From Chloroflexota bacterium (GTDB lineage: Bacteria; Chloroflexota; Limnocylindria; P2-11E): DNA of 64,000 nucleotides. Location of the stretch: contig JBBPIP010000006.1 in the NCBI GenBank assembly GCA_038040265.1, positions 5,423 to 69,422 on the forward strand, given 5' to 3'. The notes below the pieces were generated by a model. The model searched no databases and was not told the origin of the DNA. It saw only the letters and a list, made by a program, of their open reading frames with translations. A program made the translations under genes and the position numbers. Positions 47,267 through 57,002 of this stretch are shown piece by piece (the stretch's first letter is position 1; every line of letters starts with the position of its first letter).

Positions 47267-48036
47267 GCCGGCTCCGCGCGTTCCTCGACGCGTCTCCGGT
47301 GTCGCAGATCGCGCTCGCCCTGATGCGCGAGGCCACCGGCCGGACCGAACCGCTCGCCGCGATCGCGCCCACTCGGCCGGCCGCGCTGAGGCGGGGACGG
47401 CGGGTCGGCTTCTGGTCGCTGGCGGCTGGTGCCGGTTCGAGCACGGCCGCCGCGCTGCTTGCACATCGGTCCGCCGCGGGCGGCGAGGCACCGCTTCTCG
47501 TCGATCTCGACCGCTGGGTCCCCTCGCTCGCGCTCCGCGCAGGCCTCACCGCCGCGAACGTGGCCGACGCACTGCTGCAGCCGGGACGCGAGACAGAACT
47601 CGTCTCCCGCTGGTCAGCGACACCGTTCCTCCCTGGCGCGCCTTCGTTGCACTCGACCTTCGACGGTGAACGTCTCGTCGGTCTCGTGGACTCGTGCGCG
47701 GCCGGCCGGGCTGCGGTCCTCGATCTCGGCTCCGGCGCCGATGCCCTCGATCCGGCAATCCTCGCCTCGCTCGATCGCCTCTGTCTCGTCACCGGCACGC
47801 GGTCCGCCCAGCTGCAGGCAGTCTTCTGCGCGGTCCCGCTTCTTGGACGGGTGCCCTGCGCCGTCGGATTGGTCGTCATCGGTGCCGGTGAAGACGACGC
47901 CGCACGCATCGCCGAGCGCGTTGGCTTTCCGCTCCTCGGCGCGATCCCGTACGACGCTTACCTGGCGGACGACGCCTTTGCAGCGCGCGCTCCGACCCTC
48001 CGCGCATTCGACGGCCTGCTCCGCGCGCTCGCGTGA
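47263..48036 (+). CDS. CpaE/TadZ-like MinD-family protein
   Basis: Degenerate Walker A (SLAAGAGSST), LLVDLD, VLDLG, IPYD; sits before cpaF. Confidence 0.7.
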   Translation: MSRLRAFLDASPVSQIALALMREATGRTEPLAAIAPTRPAALRRGRRVGFWSLAAGAGSSTAAALLAHRSAAGGEAPLLVDLDRWVPSLALRAGLTAANVADALLQPGRETELVSRWSATPFLPGAPSLHSTFDGERLVGLVDSCAAGRAAVLDLGSGADALDPAILASLDRLCLVTGTRSAQLQAVFCAVPLLGRVPCAVGLVVIGAGEDDAARIAERVGFPLLGAIPYDAYLADDAFAARAPTLRAFDGLLRALA

Positions 48037-49175
48037 CCGATCCGGCGCTCGTCGCCCGTGTGCGGGCTGAGGTCGCGGTGGGCATCGACCCGGCCGGGCT
48101 TCTTGCCATCTACGCCGAGCCCGCGCGGCGAGCGATCCTCCGCGAGCGTGTGCGCGCGGCAGTTCGTGTCGCCGTCGCTGAAACAGAGCTCGATGCGATA
48201 TGCGCGGAGCTGTTCGGCTTCGGACCACTTCAGCCGCTGCTCGACGACCCCGAGGTGACGGACGTCCTAGTCAACGGTCCACGAGACATCTTTTGCGAGC
48301 GCGCGGGACGGCTCGAGCGAGTCGACGTCGCGTTTCGTGGCGCCGACGATATCGCCGAGCTCGCGCACCGGATCGCTGGGAGCGTCGGCCGCGAGCTGAC
48401 CCTCGAGCGACCATTCGTTGACGCGCGAATGCGGGACGGCAGTCGAGCGAACGCGGTCATCGCGCCGATCGGGGGCCCGAGTCTCTCAATCCGGAAGTTC
48501 AATCGGGTCTCGATCCCGCTTCGGGGGTCCGGGCCCTCGTGGGTTGCGAGCGGTCTTCACGACGACGCGGCAGCTCTTCTCGAGGCCTGTGTTGGCGAGC
48601 GGGCGAGCATCCTCGTTAGCGGCGCGACCGGATCGGGAAAGAGCACTCTGCTGCGCTCACTTGCCGCCGCGATTCCGGATGACGAACGGCTCGTCGTAAT
48701 AGAGGACACGAACGAGCTCGTTCTCCCGCACTCGCACGTCGTGCACCTCGAATGCGTCCCCACGCGCGACGGGTCGGGCATCGGCATCGCCGACCTCGTC
48801 GCGAACGCGTTGCGGATGCGCCCCGATCGGATTCTGGTCGGAGAGGTCCGCACACCGCGGGAAGCTTCGGCGCTGCTGGAGGCGCTTAGCACGGGGCACG
48901 AGGGGTCGCTCACGACGATCCACGCGGGATCGGCCGCGGGCGCGATCGACCGTCTGGCCTTGCTCCTCGCGCGTGCGGGAGAACTTGGGGCGGCGGCGAT
49001 CGCGCGTCATGTGGCTCAGGGGATCGACATCGTCGTGCATGTGGTCCGCGATCGCGTTGGTACGCGATCAGTCCGTGAGATCGCGGCGATCGAGGACAGC
49101 TCCGTCGTGACTCTTTGGCAGACCGGCGAGAGGACCGTGCGGATGCCGGTGCGCCTGCGACAGCGACTCGGATGA
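48033..49175 (+). CDS. cpaF: Flp pilus assembly ATPase CpaF/TadA
   Basis: GFGPLQPLL.DPEVTDVLVNG, SGATGSGKST, IEDTNEL, LRMRPDRILVGEVR, TGHEGS.TTIHA. Confidence 0.95.
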   Translation: MTDPALVARVRAEVAVGIDPAGLLAIYAEPARRAILRERVRAAVRVAVAETELDAICAELFGFGPLQPLLDDPEVTDVLVNGPRDIFCERAGRLERVDVAFRGADDIAELAHRIAGSVGRELTLERPFVDARMRDGSRANAVIAPIGGPSLSIRKFNRVSIPLRGSGPSWVASGLHDDAAALLEACVGERASILVSGATGSGKSTLLRSLAAAIPDDERLVVIEDTNELVLPHSHVVHLECVPTRDGSGIGIADLVANALRMRPDRILVGEVRTPREASALLEALSTGHEGSLTTIHAGSAAGAIDRLALLLARAGELGAAAIARHVAQGIDIVVHVVRDRVGTRSVREIAAIEDSSVVTLWQTGERTVRMPVRLRQRLG

Positions 49176-50020
49176 ACGTTCTGGCGGCTGGTGCGCTCGC
49201 GGTCGCGCTCTCGGTGAGCTGCGCGATCTTCGCGCCCTTCGCTCGGAAGCATTCCGTGTCGGCTGTGGGTTTCGCGCACCCCGACGTGCGGGCGCTCGAC
49301 GTGGTGAACTGGCGCCGATCGCTCTGGCAATGGGAGGCCCTGCGCGCCGCAAGCATTGGTGCATGCGCACTCCTTTGTTCCGTGACGTCGCTGCCGCTGA
49401 TCCCGTTCCTCGCGCTGGGTGCGGTCGCTCCGTCCGTCGTCCTGCGTTCACGGGCCGCCACGGTTCGCTGGCGAGCGCGACTTGCGACGACCCATGTGCT
49501 CCGCACGACGGAAGCGGCGCTTCGGTCCGGTGCGTCACTCCCCGAGTCCCTCCGCAGAGCTGCTGAGGGCACCGACGATCGTCTTGCAGGACGCCCCTTC
49601 ATTGAGGCGCTCCGCGCGTTCGACCTCGGCGCGCCGCTCGACCAGGCCTTGCGAAATTCAGCGCGTCTGGCCACAGACCCGCGCTCGCGAATCGCCCTCG
49701 AGACGATAGCAATGGGGATCACGTGGAGACTGCCGTACGACCGAGCTGGGGTTCTCGTTGCCGCGGTCGCGGACCGTCTTTCGTTCGAAGAGCGCCTTGA
49801 CGAGGAAGTGCGCGCGCGCACGGGTGGCCTGCGTGCCCAGGTGATCCTGCTCGCGATGCTGGTGCCAGCGATCGCGGCGTACTTGGCATTCACCGTCCCA
49901 TCACTGGCGGCGACATTTGAACAACCGATCGGACGGTTCGTTCTCATTCCCGCGGCAATCACGCTCGAGGTGATCGGTGTCGTTGCAAGCCGCCGCGCGA
50001 TCGATGGCGCGCGGCGTTGA
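49172..50020 (+). CDS. tadB: TadB-like type II secretion F-family protein
   Basis: LRSGASL.ESL, EEVRA.T pattern, TM helices; follows cpaF. Confidence 0.8.
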   Translation: MNVLAAGALAVALSVSCAIFAPFARKHSVSAVGFAHPDVRALDVVNWRRSLWQWEALRAASIGACALLCSVTSLPLIPFLALGAVAPSVVLRSRAATVRWRARLATTHVLRTTEAALRSGASLPESLRRAAEGTDDRLAGRPFIEALRAFDLGAPLDQALRNSARLATDPRSRIALETIAMGITWRLPYDRAGVLVAAVADRLSFEERLDEEVRARTGGLRAQVILLAMLVPAIAAYLAFTVPSLAATFEQPIGRFVLIPAAITLEVIGVVASRRAIDGARR

Positions 50021-50820
50021 TCGCGATAGGTGTCGTGCTCGCAGCGACCTCTCTCGCGGCGGCCGTCCTGGCGAGCCGCCCGCGATCGGTGGTGCTGCGG
50101 CGTCTCGCGCAGCTCGCGCCGCAAGGCGGTACGCCGCGCCTCGTCCACTCCATGCTCGTCACACGAGAGCTTTCCCAGAGCGGACTTGGCTGGAGCGACG
50201 GCGAGCTAGTGCGGGCGAAGATCGTCGGAGCAATTCTCGGCGCGGCGCTCGCGGCCGGGGTTGGCGTTCTCGCTCCGATCGGCCCCCTCGTTCTCGTCGC
50301 AGCCGGCTATGCCGGCTTCATCCTTCCGACTCTTTATGTCGACCGCGTCGCGGGGCAACGCCGGTCCGAAGCGGCGCACGCGCTTGTCACCTTGGTCGAG
50401 TGGACGGAAGCACTCGTCGCGAGCGGTCGTCCTGTCGAAACCGCTTTCGTAACCATGGCTGAGACCAGCGCGGGCGCCGGGCTGACCGATCGGGCTATCG
50501 CGGCCGCCGCGCGCTCTTACGCCCTGGGGGCGCCGCTCTTTCCGGCTCTGGCGCGCGAGGCGGCGACTCTCGGTTTGCCGGCCTTTGTCGCGATCGCGAA
50601 CGACCTCGAGCGAGCCCGCGATCTTGGGCGCGGAGCGCTCGTGGTTCTTCGTGAGCATCGAGATCGGCTCCGGGCATCGGAACGGGCCGCAAGCCTCGAT
50701 GTCGCCGGTCGCATCGAGGGAAGGCTCATGCTGGTTCTGGTCCTCTGCTACCTCCCGGCGTTGATGCTGCTCGTGGTCATACCGCTGTTCCTTGGCCTTC
50801 TGGACGGCCTGTTCGTCTGA
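50017..50820 (+). CDS. tadC: TadC-like type II secretion F-family protein
   Basis: GFILP, C-terminal LVLCYLPALML; follows tadB. Confidence 0.8.
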   Translation: MIAIGVVLAATSLAAAVLASRPRSVVLRRLAQLAPQGGTPRLVHSMLVTRELSQSGLGWSDGELVRAKIVGAILGAALAAGVGVLAPIGPLVLVAAGYAGFILPTLYVDRVAGQRRSEAAHALVTLVEWTEALVASGRPVETAFVTMAETSAGAGLTDRAIAAAARSYALGAPLFPALAREAATLGLPAFVAIANDLERARDLGRGALVVLREHRDRLRASERAASLDVAGRIEGRLMLVLVLCYLPALMLLVVIPLFLGLLDGLFV

Positions 50821-50881
50821 AATATGTGCGTACACTGAGAGGATCGAGGCGCACAGAGCACGCCTCGCGAGGGAGTGAACG

Positions 50882-51157
50882 ATGCCGAGTATTGGTGGCC
50901 CCGAGCTTCTCCTCGTCCTCGCGGTCGTGCTGATCGTTTTCGGGGCGGGGAAGTTGCCTGATGTTCTCGGACAGCTCGGCAAGGGCGTGCGCAGCTTCCG
51001 GGACGAGTCCACGAACGACAAACCGGCCTCCGTTGCCGCGGGGTCGACCACGACCGCCGCGACCGCCGCACCCGGCACGACCGTCTACTGCCGCAACTGC
51101 GGTCGGCCGAACCCGAGCGACTCCAAGTTCTGCACCAACTGCGGGCAAGCGCTCTAG
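50882..51157 (+). CDS. tatA: Twin-arginine translocase TatA/E subunit with C-terminal zinc ribbon
   Basis: G.PELLLVL..VLIVFGAGKLP....LGKGVRSFR; CRNC...CTNC. Confidence 0.9.
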   Translation: MPSIGGPELLLVLAVVLIVFGAGKLPDVLGQLGKGVRSFRDESTNDKPASVAAGSTTTAATAAPGTTVYCRNCGRPNPSDSKFCTNCGQAL

Positions 51158-52780
51158 CTCACGGGCTTCGGCCAGGACGCCTACGACTTCGTCCACGGGC
51201 GCTACGCGCTCGATCCCGTCACGGCCACCGTCGCGGGCATTCACGCGCACGACCATCGCCTCGGTGATTTCACCGCCGACGGATTCGCCGCACGCGACCG
51301 CTTCAACGACGACTGGCTCGCGCGTTTCGAGGCGTTCACCGATAACGACATCTTCCCCGCGGAGCGTGTCGATCGTTCGCTGATCGTCGCGGATCTGCGC
51401 GGCGAGCGCGCCGTTCGTCCCTTCACCCGCTGGCGCAGGCAACCGACGCTCTACTCCGACGCGATCACCCGCGGCGCGTACTACGCGTTCCTCCGCGAGC
51501 ACGCGCCGCTCGCCGAGCGCGTAGCGACGCTCGCGGAGCGGCTCGCCGAAGCGCCGGCAGTCCTCAAGGCCGCGAAGGCCAACCTCGATCCAAAGCTCAC
51601 GCCGCCCGAGTGGGTCGACATCGCTCTTCGGTCGGTGCCGGCGGGCGCCGCGTTCCTTCGTGTCGGTGCTCTGCCGATGTTGCCCAACGCGACCCCACTC
51701 GACCGCGCCGCCAGCCGCGCGTTCCATCCCGCGGCCGAGGCGGCCGCGAAGGCCCTCGACGGCTACGCCGCATGGCTCGAGAAGACGCTCCGTCCGAAGG
51801 CGAGCGGCACGTTCGCGATCGGGCGCGACGCCGTCGACGCGTGGCTCAAAGAACGGGAGCTACTGGATCACGACTCCGCCTCGCTACGCGAGTGGGGTGA
51901 TGAGTTCTACGGCGAGACCGAGGCGTCGCTCAACGCCGCCGCGATGGATCTCGGTCATCAGGACTGGCGCGCCGCGGTCGAGGCGGTGCGCGAGGACCAT
52001 CCCACCGAGGAAACCCTCGTCGAAACGTATCGCGCCGAGATGGAGCGATCGCGCCTGGCAGTCGCGACCGCCGGCCTCGCCAACGTCCCCTACGGCGAGG
52101 ACCTGATCGTCGAGGCGATGCCGGAGTTCCAGAGGCCGACGTATCCGTACGCCGCGTACGTCGGCGCGGCGCCGTTCGACTCGTCGCGCCGCGGCCGCTT
52201 CTGGGTGACGCTCCCCGACAAGGGCGACGACGAAAAGACCCGGCGCGAGCGCCTCGAGGGACATCCCCGCGCCGGCATCGCCGTGATCGCCTGTCACGAG
52301 GGCTACCCGGGCCATCACCTCCAGCTCACCGTCGCCGCGGATAACCCCTCGCTCGCGCGCAAGTCAATCCGCTCGAACCTCATGGTCGAAGGCTGGGGTC
52401 TCTACGTGGAGGAGCTGATGACCGAGCTCGGCTATCTCAACTCGCCCCAGACCCGGCTGCTCCGGCTGAAGGATCTGCTCTGGCGTGCCGCGCGCGTGAA
52501 CGTGGACGTTGGCCTGGCGACCGGCGCCATGAGCTTCGACGAAGCCGTGCAATTCATGGTCGAGCGCGCGCGCCTCGAGGAGCCCAATGCCGTCGCGGAG
52601 GTGCGCCGCTACACGCTTAACCCGCTGCAGCCCTCGAGCTATGCGCTCGGGCGCGCCGCGATCCTCGAGCTCCGCGAGAAGGCGCGCGCCGCGGGCTGGG
52701 GGATGCGGCTCTTTCACGACCGTCTGCTCGGCGCGGGCTCGCTGCCGCCGAAGCTTCTCGCGCAGGATCTCGCGCTGTAG
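51158..52780 (+). CDS. DUF885 family protein (putative metallopeptidase)
   Basis: N-terminal P..AT..G.H..D.RL.D and HEGYPGHHLQ, EGWGLY.E, EVRRY...P.Q..SY; the frame is open from 51158, but the first ATG/GTG/TTG is at 51635. Confidence 0.85.
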   Translation, partial: LTGFGQDAYDFVHGRYALDPVTATVAGIHAHDHRLGDFTADGFAARDRFNDDWLARFEAFTDNDIFPAERVDRSLIVADLRGERAVRPFTRWRRQPTLYSDAITRGAYYAFLREHAPLAERVATLAERLAEAPAVLKAAKANLDPKLTPPEWVDIALRSVPAGAAFLRVGALPMLPNATPLDRAASRAFHPAAEAAAKALDGYAAWLEKTLRPKASGTFAIGRDAVDAWLKERELLDHDSASLREWGDEFYGETEASLNAAAMDLGHQDWRAAVEAVREDHPTEETLVETYRAEMERSRLAVATAGLANVPYGEDLIVEAMPEFQRPTYPYAAYVGAAPFDSSRRGRFWVTLPDKGDDEKTRRERLEGHPRAGIAVIACHEGYPGHHLQLTVAADNPSLARKSIRSNLMVEGWGLYVEELMTELGYLNSPQTRLLRLKDLLWRAARVNVDVGLATGAMSFDEAVQFMVERARLEEPNAVAEVRRYTLNPLQPSSYALGRAAILELREKARAAGWGMRLFHDRLLGAGSLPPKLLAQDLAL

Positions 52781-52787
52781 AAAGAAA

Positions 52788-52813
52788 GAAGGCCCGCCTT
52801 TCGGCGGGCCTTC
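52788..52813. terminator. Rho-independent terminator (U tract on the minus strand)
   Basis: GAAGGCCCGCC-TTTC-GGCGGGCCTTC preceded by AAAGAAA; between convergent genes. Confidence 0.8.
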
Positions 52814-52833
52814 CTGCAAGAGCGCGTTGGGTC

Positions 52834-54150
52834 CTACTCCGCGAGGCGCGGGAGGATCGGCTGCGCGGTGGTGTTCGGGTTGTAGTTGATCGTGATGTTG
52901 CCGTTCTGGATGTCGACGGTGCGCGCGATGAGCTGGCTACCGTTGAGGGTCGAGGGGTTGCCGTCGAAGCGGAAGTGGGCGCTCGGGATGTAGATCGAGC
53001 CGGTCCCATCGAAGGTGCCGTTGCCACCGATCTTCATCTCCACGGAGCACGCTGGGTCCTGGTAGACGAGCAGGTTTTTCCAGGTGCCGGTGGTCTGCGC
53101 GCTCAGGACCATCTGTGAGTTGCCCTGCAGGTTGATCGTGCTGCAGCTCGGGTTCGCCCCCGGTGCCGCCGGGTAGGTCGAGTACGTGTTGTAGAGGAAG
53201 ATCCCGCTCCCGATGACGTCGGCGTTGCCGCCGGTGTCCATGCCGCCACCCTTCAGGATGTAGACGCCGGGGTTAAGGGTCAGGTTGCCGTTTCCGCCGA
53301 GGTTCACGCTGTAGACGCCAGGGTTCTGGCGGCCTGAGCCGTCCTGGCACGCTGCGAGCGAGTTGCACGTCGGCAGGCCGTTGGTCGCCGGCTTGGGGAA
53401 GCCCGCGAACGGGTCCGCGATCTGGTTGTGGCCCGGGTTAACGGGGATGCCGATGCTCCCCCAGGACCCAGTCGCGCCACCGTTCACGTCGAGCGGGTAC
53501 GGCGACTGGACCGTGAAGCGAGCGGCGCTGTTCTGGTCATTCTCGGCAGCCGAGCTGCACGAGGAGTTCACGAGGATCCCTCCGCCCATGAGGTGGAGGT
53601 CGCCGTTTGACGATGTGGTGAAGGCGTCGCAGGTGTTCCCGCGGTCGAGCGCCATGATCGCGTAGCCGTTGTTGAGCGGCTCGGATCCGGCGACGCCACG
53701 TGCGCGGACCGGGTTGAACGCGGCCTGGGCCGGCACGAGGGCGGTCTGCACCTGACGGGTGATCACGACCTCGATGTGTTTGATGTTGCCGTTGTACTGA
53801 CCGGAGATGGGCGGCCAGTAGACCGCCACGGTCGTAAACGTCGCAGCGTCAGTGCAGACGCCGGGCGTCGAAAGCGCGCACGCCCCGCTCGAGTAGCCGT
53901 TCGTAAGAGCGTCGGTGCGCGCGGCGGTGATGGCTTCGGTGCCCGTTCCCTGTTGGTAGAGGACGACCGCGCCGGCGAAGGCGGCGGCGTCCGCGGCTTC
54001 CTGCTCGGCGCGCTTGGCCGAGAAGAGCTGGCCCGCGTCGATCGCGAGTCCTACGGCGAAGAGCAGGGCCAGCATCAGGATCGCGAAGAGAACGACGGCC
54101 TGGCCCGACTCGCCGTCGTCACGTCCGAAGAACTTACGGATTGCGTTCAT
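52834..54150 (-). CDS. TadG-like pilus tip protein
   Basis: ESGQ + TM + LAIDAG...AADAAAFAGA Tad motif; G/N-rich beta C-terminus. Confidence 0.85.
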   Translation of the reverse strand: MNAIRKFFGRDDGESGQAVVLFAILMLALLFAVGLAIDAGQLFSAKRAEQEAADAAAFAGAVVLYQQGTGTEAITAARTDALTNGYSSGACALSTPGVCTDAATFTTVAVYWPPISGQYNGNIKHIEVVITRQVQTALVPAQAAFNPVRARGVAGSEPLNNGYAIMALDRGNTCDAFTTSSNGDLHLMGGGILVNSSCSSAAENDQNSAARFTVQSPYPLDVNGGATGSWGSIGIPVNPGHNQIADPFAGFPKPATNGLPTCNSLAACQDGSGRQNPGVYSVNLGGNGNLTLNPGVYILKGGGMDTGGNADVIGSGIFLYNTYSTYPAAPGANPSCSTINLQGNSQMVLSAQTTGTWKNLLVYQDPACSVEMKIGGNGTFDGTGSIYIPSAHFRFDGNPSTLNGSQLIARTVDIQNGNITINYNPNTTAQPILPRLAE

Positions 54151-54635
54151 CTTTGAATCACCAGCGTCGATCCCCCCTTCAGGGTTATCTGAAATGCCCC
54201 ACCCAATAGGTACGTCGATGGAAGCGGAACGAACTGTGCGGAAGCGTCAACGATCACGCGGCAGTTGCGGTCGGCGCACTTGACTGCCGGACTCGTGCCC
54301 GTGTACGTGTCGGGGTACAGGACGGTCACCGTGATGTTCGGCACGCCGACGGCGGCCGCACGCACGACTGCCGGGATCGTGCCCGTGATGACCGGGTCGC
54401 TCACGTCCGTCGGGTCGGCCGCGGGCGATCCCGCGGAGCCGTGGACGATCGCGTAGCGCGTGCCTTCGCGTGCGGCGTAGGCCAGGGTGTTCTCCTGCCA
54501 TACGGCGCGCGCGACGTCGAAGAGTCCGGTGATGATGAGGAGCATCAGCGGCAGAAGCAGGGCGAACTCCACGAGGGACTGGCCCCGCTGCTCCTCACGG
54601 TTCTGGTCGCGGAAGAAGCGAAGAAGATTGCTCAA
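54147..54635 (-). CDS. TadE family pseudopilin
   Basis: RGQSLVEFALLLP, AAREGTRYA; TTG overlaps the upstream TGA. Confidence 0.88.
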   Translation of the reverse strand: MSNLLRFFRDQNREEQRGQSLVEFALLLPLMLLIITGLFDVARAVWQENTLAYAAREGTRYAIVHGSAGSPAADPTDVSDPVITGTIPAVVRAAAVGVPNITVTVLYPDTYTGTSPAVKCADRNCRVIVDASAQFVPLPSTYLLGGAFQITLKGGSTLVIQR

Positions 54636-55093
54636 TAGAAGGTCCTCATCGTGGTGCTCCGATCGAAGTTCGCCGTGTTGGGGATGAACGGCCACGGAAC
54701 GATCGTGTGGAACGTGTACTGGATGGAGACGGTCACGAAGCATGGCGTCGCGACCGTCGGCGGCTGGAGGCACGCCGTGGTGCCGTCCGCCTGCGCGATG
54801 GCGGCATCGACGTTCAGGCTCGGGTCGCTGGTGTTGATGCCAGGCGTCCGTGCCATCTCGTCGATCGCCCGCTGGATCGCGAGAGCCCGTGTCGGGGTGA
54901 AGTTGATGGCGTACGCCTCAGCGCCGGCGCGCGCCCCGTTCTGAATGGCGAGCTGGAGGGCGAAGGCCCGGGCGAGGTCGGCCGCGCCGATCAGCCCGAA
55001 AACAAGGATCGGCAGCAGCAGCGCGAGCTCGACCATCGACTGGCCGACCTCATCGCGTACCGCATTGCGCAAGCGTGCAAATAGCCTTCTCAC
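54632..55093 (-). CDS. TadE family pseudopilin
   Basis: GQSMVELALLLP, NGARAGA. Confidence 0.88.
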   Translation of the reverse strand: MRRLFARLRNAVRDEVGQSMVELALLLPILVFGLIGAADLARAFALQLAIQNGARAGAEAYAINFTPTRALAIQRAIDEMARTPGINTSDPSLNVDAAIAQADGTTACLQPPTVATPCFVTVSIQYTFHTIVPWPFIPNTANFDRSTTMRTFY

Positions 55094-55194
55094 TGGTCGT
55101 CAGTCTAGGTAACGAGCAGACCCTGCCAACCCTTAGGCGCTCCCCCGTTAGTACCAGTTCGGGGGCATCACGCGTACTGCGCCGAATTGATTAG

Positions 55195-56268
55195 CTAGTC
55201 AGCGGCAGCGACGGGTGCGCGAGCCTGCGACAGAACTGACGCGACGACCGCGAGTGCGTCGTCGATGTCCTTTGTCTCCACACCGTGGTGCGTGACGGCT
55301 CGAAGACGGGGCGAATTTCCGAGATAGCGCGAGATACGGAGACCGTTTTCGGCGCACGCCTTCGCGAATGCGCCCGCTTCCATCCATGCTGGATCCACTT
55401 CGAACGACACGATGTTGGTCACGACGCAGTCGGCGTCGATGCGGATCCCGCGAATCCGGGCGAGTCCCATGGCGAACGTCCTGGCGTTCCGATGATCCTC
55501 CGCAAGACGGTCGCGCATCTCCTCGAGTCCTATGAGCGCGGCCGCCGCGATCACTCCGGCCTGCCGCATCGCGCCGCCCAGGAGCTTTCGCACACGGCGC
55601 GCTTTCGCGACGGTCTCCGCGCTGCCGCACAGGATCGACCCGACGGGCGCCGCGAGGCCCTTTGAGAAACAGAACTGCACCGTGTCGACCGGCGCGCAGA
55701 GCTCGCGCGCGTCGACGCCGAGCGCGACGGCGGCGTTGAAGATCCGCGCGCCGTCGAGATGCACGCGGAGCCCGCGGCGATGCGCGAGGTCCGCGACGGC
55801 CTTCGTTTCCTCGACCGTGATGACCGAGCCGCCGCAGTTGTTGTGCGTGTTCTCGAGGCAGACCAGAGACGTGCGGGGGTACATGCCCGCTGGACGGATC
55901 GCGCCCTCGATGTCCTCGAGAGCCGGGAGGCCGGCGCGGTTCGGGACGAGGCGGGGCTGGATCGAGCCGACCACGAAGGCCGCGCCCATCTCGTTCTGAT
56001 AGATGTGCGCGAGGTCACCGAGGATCACCTCGTCGCCGCGCTCGGTCTGGGAGAGGACGCCGCACAGGTTGCCGAGCATCCCGCTCGCGACGTAGACGGC
56101 GGCCTCCTTGCCGACTATCTCGGCCGAGCGCCGCTCGAGCCGGTTCACCGTCGGGTCCTCGCCGTACTGGTCGTCCCCGACCTCGGCGTCCGCCATCGCC
56201 CGCCGCATTGCGGGAGTCGGCAGCGTGAACGTGTCGCTGCGAAGCTCGATGGTCTTTCGTGCGGTCAC
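55195..56268 (-). CDS. ltaE: Low-specificity L-threonine aldolase
   Basis: LRSDT, AEVGDD.YGEDPTV, LENTHN, HLDGARIFNA, CFSKGL.AP.GS, GGAMRQAG. Confidence 0.92.
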   Translation of the reverse strand: MTARKTIELRSDTFTLPTPAMRRAMADAEVGDDQYGEDPTVNRLERRSAEIVGKEAAVYVASGMLGNLCGVLSQTERGDEVILGDLAHIYQNEMGAAFVVGSIQPRLVPNRAGLPALEDIEGAIRPAGMYPRTSLVCLENTHNNCGGSVITVEETKAVADLAHRRGLRVHLDGARIFNAAVALGVDARELCAPVDTVQFCFSKGLAAPVGSILCGSAETVAKARRVRKLLGGAMRQAGVIAAAALIGLEEMRDRLAEDHRNARTFAMGLARIRGIRIDADCVVTNIVSFEVDPAWMEAGAFAKACAENGLRISRYLGNSPRLRAVTHHGVETKDIDDALAVVASVLSQARAPVAAAD

Positions 56269-56978
56269 TTCCCCAGGGCCTCCAACAGTTTTCCGAACGC
56301 CACCACGACGAGGGGCGAGACGATGATCGCGGGCAGAAAGTCCGCGACCTTCACGTCTCGGATGCTCAGAAGTCTGAGCCCCACGCCGATGAGGAGCAAG
56401 CCGCCCACTGCGCTCATCTCGCGCAGCTGCAGGTCGGAGAGAACGCCGGCGAAGAGCGAAGCGCCCACGGCGAGGCCGCCCTGATAGATAAGGATGAGCG
56501 GGACCGTCAGGAGGACGCCCCAGCCGAGCGTGGCCGCAAGCGCCATCGCGGTGAAACCGTCGAGCACGCTCTTCACTGTGAGGAGGGTCGCGTCGCCGGT
56601 GAGGCCGTTCTGGATCGATCCGAGGAACGTGAGCGGCCCGACGCAGAAGACGATCGACGCGGTGACGAACGCCTCGGCCACGGTGCTCGTCCCTCCGCGC
56701 GCGAAGCGCCGTTGCAACATCTCGCCGAGCTGGTTGAGGCGCAAGTCGACGCCGATGAGGGAACCGACGATCCCACCGAGCAATATCGCACCGAGCAGGT
56801 AGAGCAGGTTCGTCGTGTCGATCGCGAACTTCACGCCCATCGCGGTCACGAACAGGCCGACGCCGCGGACCACGTTCTCCCTCAATCGTTCGGGCAGGCG
56901 ATCGCCGACCACCGTTCCGACAAGACCGCCGAGGAGCACCGTCGCCGCGTTGAGGAGAGTCCCGGTGAAGACGGTCAC
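56265..56978 (-). CDS. DUF554 family membrane protein
   Basis: GTLLNA..V..GG..G, FVTASIVFCVGP, KSVLDG, YQG, LPA motifs. Confidence 0.88.
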   Translation of the reverse strand: MTVFTGTLLNAATVLLGGLVGTVVGDRLPERLRENVVRGVGLFVTAMGVKFAIDTTNLLYLLGAILLGGIVGSLIGVDLRLNQLGEMLQRRFARGGTSTVAEAFVTASIVFCVGPLTFLGSIQNGLTGDATLLTVKSVLDGFTAMALAATLGWGVLLTVPLILIYQGGLAVGASLFAGVLSDLQLREMSAVGGLLLIGVGLRLLSIRDVKVADFLPAIIVSPLVVVAFGKLLEALGK

Positions 56979-57002
56979 GAGGGTCCGTAGTATGCGGAGC
57001 CG

